Shown here piece after piece: positions 61,101-64,000 of a DNA stretch of 64,000 nt. Every line of letters begins with the position of its first letter. The stretch's first letter is position 1. Below the pieces are notes generated by a model. The model saw nothing but the letters and a program-made list of their open reading frames with translations. It searched no databases and was not told the DNA's origin. The position numbers were made by a program, and so were the translations under genes. This stretch comes from Candidatus Aminicenantes bacterium (lineage in GTDB: Bacteria > Acidobacteriota > Aminicenantia > Aminicenantales > JAFGAV01), in contig OY969762.1 of assembly GCA_963702835.1 (NCBI GenBank), positions 2,181,501-2,245,500 of the forward strand, given 5' to 3'.

Positions 61101-62873
61101 TTATTCTTTGATCTTCAGCCCCAGCTCCTCGAGCTGGCGCGGATTGACGGCCCAAGGCGAATTGGTAAGCAGGCACAGGGCGCTGGTGGTCTTGGGGAAA
61201 GGGATGACCTCCCGGATGGACTCCTCGCCGGCCAGGAGCATGACGATACGGTCGAACCCCAGGGCGATCCCGCCGTGGGGGGGAGCGCCGTAGCTGAGCG
61301 CTTCCAGGAAGAAGCCGAACTTCTCCTCGGCCTCGGCCGGCTCCAAGCCCAGCGCTTTGAAAATCCGCTGCTGGAGTTCCGCCTCATGGATACGGATCGA
61401 GCCCCCGCCCGCCTCGACCCCGTTCAGCACCAGGTCGTAGGCCTTGGCCCGCACCCTCTGCGGTTCACTCTCCAGGAAGGCCAGGTCATCCTCATGAGGC
61501 GAGGTAAAGGGATGGTGCATGGACACCAGCCGTTTCTCTGCCTCGCTCCACTCGAAGAGCGGAAAATCCGTTATCCAGCAGAAGCGGAATTCATTTTTTC
61601 CGGGGGATTGTTCCGCCGCGGCCTCGCGGCGAATTTCGCCCAAAGCCTTGAGCGTTGTTTCTCTAGGTCCGGCCAGCAGCAGGGCCAGGTCCCCGTCGGA
61701 GGCGCCCAGCGCCTTCCACAGCGAGACCAGCTCAGCCTCGTCCAGCTTGAGCGAGGATTTCAGGCCTTCGGCCTTTTTGATCCAGGCCAGGCCCGAAGCG
61801 CCCAAGCTCCTGGCCTTCTGGTCGAGCTTGTCTAGCTGGCTCCGCGACAGGACGCCCGCTCCGGGCAGGGCCAACCCCTTAAGCCGTCCTCCCGCTTCCA
61901 GCGCCGCACGAAGGTGGCCGGAGCCCAGGCTGCGGCCGGCCGCCGTAAGGTCTTTAATCTCGGCGGGCAAGCGCAAATCGGGTTTGTCCGTGCCGTATTT
62001 ATCCATGCTCTCGGCGTAGGACAAGCGGGGGAAGGGCAGGCTGAGCGTCTGGCCGATAAGGTTGAAAACAGTTTGCATCAAGCCTTCAACCAGGGAGTAG
62101 ATGTCCTCCCGGCCGATAAAGCTCATCTCGATATCGATCTGGGTGAACTCGGGCTGCCGGTCGGCCCGCAGGTCCTCGTCCCGGAAGCAGCGCACGATCT
62201 GGAAGTACCGGTCGAAGCCGGACATCATCAGAAGCTGCTTGAACAATTGCGGGGATTGGGGCAGGGCGTAGAAACGGCCCTTATAGATGCGGCTGGGGAC
62301 CAGGTAATCGCGGGCGCCCTCCGGCGTGGATTTGCCCAGGAAGGGAGTCTCGATCTCCAGAAAGCCGTTCCGGGCCAGGTGGTTCCGGACGGCGAGGGCG
62401 GCCTCGTGCCGCAGCCTGATGTTGCGCTGCATCCGCGGCCGCCTCAGGTCGAGGTAGCGGTGCTTGAAGCGCAGCTCTTCGGAGGCCTTGGGCGGGTCGG
62501 CCACAACAAATGGCGGAACCCGCGCCGCGCTGTAAATGATGAACTCCTCGGCCTCGACTTCGATCCGGCCGGTGGGCATTCCGGGGTTGACGGATTTGGC
62601 CTCGCGCTTGCGGACCAAGCCCTTGACTCCGACCACATATTCCGGCCGGGCCTTCTTGGCTTCGGCCTGGAGCTCCGGCCGGCTGGAAGGAAACACGACC
62701 TGGACTAGGCCCTCCCGGTCGCGGAGGTCGAGGAAGACCAGGCTCCCCATGTCCCGCTGGCGCTGAACCCAGCCCAGGAGGGTGACCCGCGAGCCGGCCT
62801 GTTCCTCGCCCAGCTCCCCGCAATAGTGGGTGCGTTTCCAAATCGGCGGCGGCGAAGGTTTCTGTTGGTTCAT
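61101..62873 (-). CDS. aspS: Aspartate--tRNA ligase
   Basis: 590 aa with an OB anticodon-binding N-terminus (THYCGELG...VTLLGWVQRQRDMGSLVFLDLRDREG), FRDEDLRADRQPEFTQID (motif 2 region) and a GGIALGFDR motif 3 region. Confidence 0.95.
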   Translation of the reverse strand: MNQQKPSPPPIWKRTHYCGELGEEQAGSRVTLLGWVQRQRDMGSLVFLDLRDREGLVQVVFPSSRPELQAEAKKARPEYVVGVKGLVRKREAKSVNPGMPTGRIEVEAEEFIIYSAARVPPFVVADPPKASEELRFKHRYLDLRRPRMQRNIRLRHEAALAVRNHLARNGFLEIETPFLGKSTPEGARDYLVPSRIYKGRFYALPQSPQLFKQLLMMSGFDRYFQIVRCFRDEDLRADRQPEFTQIDIEMSFIGREDIYSLVEGLMQTVFNLIGQTLSLPFPRLSYAESMDKYGTDKPDLRLPAEIKDLTAAGRSLGSGHLRAALEAGGRLKGLALPGAGVLSRSQLDKLDQKARSLGASGLAWIKKAEGLKSSLKLDEAELVSLWKALGASDGDLALLLAGPRETTLKALGEIRREAAAEQSPGKNEFRFCWITDFPLFEWSEAEKRLVSMHHPFTSPHEDDLAFLESEPQRVRAKAYDLVLNGVEAGGGSIRIHEAELQQRIFKALGLEPAEAEEKFGFFLEALSYGAPPHGGIALGFDRIVMLLAGEESIREVIPFPKTTSALCLLTNSPWAVNPRQLEELGLKIKE

Positions 62874-62892
62874 GGTCGTCCCTGGAAAATAG

Positions 62893-64000
62893 TTATTCGG
62901 CAGGCTGTCCGGGCCGGACCTGGCCGCGGAGATAATGCAAGAGCTCTTCTTGAGTCGATTCGACCTGGCCTCCGGTGGCCAAATCCTTGAGCGGATACCG
63001 GCCCTTGCGGATCTCGTCCTCGCCCACCATCAGCACCCAGGCCGCGGCCAGCTTGCTGGCCCGGCCAAGATGCTCCCGAAGCCCCCGCTCCTTGAACTCA
63101 AGCAGGCATTCGATGCCTTGGCTTCGAAAAAGGCGGGCCAGTTGCGCGGCCCGCACCTTGGCCTCCTCGCCCAGATAAGCCAGATAAAGGACCTTTTCCT
63201 CCCGCCCGACCGGCCGGGCCGCTTCCAGAAGCCTTTCCATGCCCATGGCGAACCCGGTGGCGCACATATCCGGCCCCCCGTACTGCCGCATCAGGTCGTC
63301 GTACCGGCCGCCGCCCAGGATGGCGTTTTGCTGTCCGGCCTGGGAAGTGATCACCTCAAAAGTTGTTCTGGTGTAGTAGTCGATGCCCCGCACCAGCCGC
63401 GGCTCTACCCGGTAGCGGAGGCCGTAGGCGTCCAGGTGGCGGCGGAATCCGGCGAAATGATCGGCGCACTCCCGGCAGAGATATTCGCTGAGGAGGGGGA
63501 ACCCGGCGGCCAGCTCCCGACAGCGCTTGACTTTGCAGTCGAAGATCCGCAGCGGGTTCGTCTCGATCTTCCGCTGACAATCGGGGCAGAACTCGGAGCG
63601 CTTGGACTCGGCCGCGCCGCGAAGGCTCTGCAAATAAGCGGGCCGGCATTTGGAGCAGCCGACCGAGTTGATCAAAATCTCCACCCCCCCGACCTTGAGC
63701 TTGCCGAGCAGCGAGTCGGCCATCTCCACCAGCTCGGCGTCGATGGCCGGGTCGGGTTCATTTAAGACCTCGACGTCCGCCTGGTGGAACTGGCGGTAGC
63801 GGCCCTTCTGGGGTTTGTCGTAGCGGAACATTGGCCCGATGTAGTAGAAGCGCAGGGGGGCGGGCTCAAGGTGCAAGCGGTGCTCAATGACGGCCCGGGC
63901 GATGGAGGGGGTGTACTCGGGCCGCAGGCTGATTGACCGACCGCCCTTGTCGATGAAGGTGTACATTTCCTTGGTCACGATGTCCGAGGTCTGGCCGGTG
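62893..64000 (-). CDS. hisS: Histidine--tRNA ligase, C-terminal ~369 codons; 5' end lies beyond the right window edge
   Basis: KEMYTFIDKGGRSISLRPEYTPSIARA, FRYDKPQKGRYRQFHQ, and GGGRYDDL followed by GFAMGMERL. The frame stays open upstream of the track Met at 63978 through position 64000. Confidence 0.9.
   Translation of the reverse strand, partial: TGQTSDIVTKEMYTFIDKGGRSISLRPEYTPSIARAVIEHRLHLEPAPLRFYYIGPMFRYDKPQKGRYRQFHQADVEVLNEPDPAIDAELVEMADSLLGKLKVGGVEILINSVGCSKCRPAYLQSLRGAAESKRSEFCPDCQRKIETNPLRIFDCKVKRCRELAAGFPLLSEYLCRECADHFAGFRRHLDAYGLRYRVEPRLVRGIDYYTRTTFEVITSQAGQQNAILGGGRYDDLMRQYGGPDMCATGFAMGMERLLEAARPVGREEKVLYLAYLGEEAKVRAAQLARLFRSQGIECLLEFKERGLREHLGRASKLAAAWVLMVGEDEIRKGRYPLKDLATGGQVESTQEELLHYLRGQVRPGQPAE

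Noticed and set aside
1-64000. Window-wide search by eye for CRISPR arrays, tRNA/rRNA/tmRNA genes, transposases, integrases, reverse transcriptases and toxin-antitoxin pairs.
   Set aside because: I found no regularly spaced direct repeats with spacers, no T-loop (GGTTCGAATCC-like) or rRNA signatures, and no ORF with DDE, tyrosine-recombinase or RT motifs. Absence by eye is not proof; tRNAscan, Infernal and ISfinder would settle it.

Overview
The window is a GC-rich (about 60-65% by eye, not computed) chromosomal segment of a diderm bacterium, judged from two TolC-type efflux operons, beta-barrel OMP genes and a GT9 heptosyltransferase. I recognised no rRNA, tRNA, CRISPR array, transposase or integrase. 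Both edges carry genes that the ORF track omits or truncates. On the left, 1..6793 (-) is the 5' 6.8 kb of a highly reducing type I PKS (KS-AT-DH-cMT-ER-KR). On the right, hisS runs off the edge. From left to right the window holds: the PKS; an AT-rich islet with a PrsW-like gene fragment and an orphan JAB/MPN protease; a TolC-HlyD-ABC2 exporter operon; an NRAMP-family transporter with an NRMT-like (Mg-type) site; and a translationally coupled operon of GH3 ligase, methyltransferase, enolase-superfamily enzyme and hydrolase/DUF362/ferredoxin. Next come a 2 x 1228 bp tandem duplication of a two-OMP cassette, secreted amidohydrolase and DPP-IV peptidases, and an OmpR/HK pair. The most unusual locus is about 33.3-46.6 kb. 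It combines an exported DUF6569/ARPP-1-like protein, FHA-GAF-PP2C, two TLC/Npt-like transporter-HEAT fusions and a STAS protein. Divergent from these lie an exported PPP phosphatase, three exported PI3/4-kinase-like paralogs, an RsbW-like kinase, and a third TLC-like transporter with an EF-hand pair. The rest of the window holds a TetR-TolC-MFP-RND operon, GT9, a giant GlmS-like gene and a TPR/thioredoxin-like gene (each broken at a homopolymer), then uppP, aspS and hisS. Two families of inverted-repeat-flanked, hairpin-rich intergenic repeats occur twice each. One copy is nested in the other family, and the hairpins show compensatory changes. Many long ORFs in the track are antisense artefacts of high GC content.
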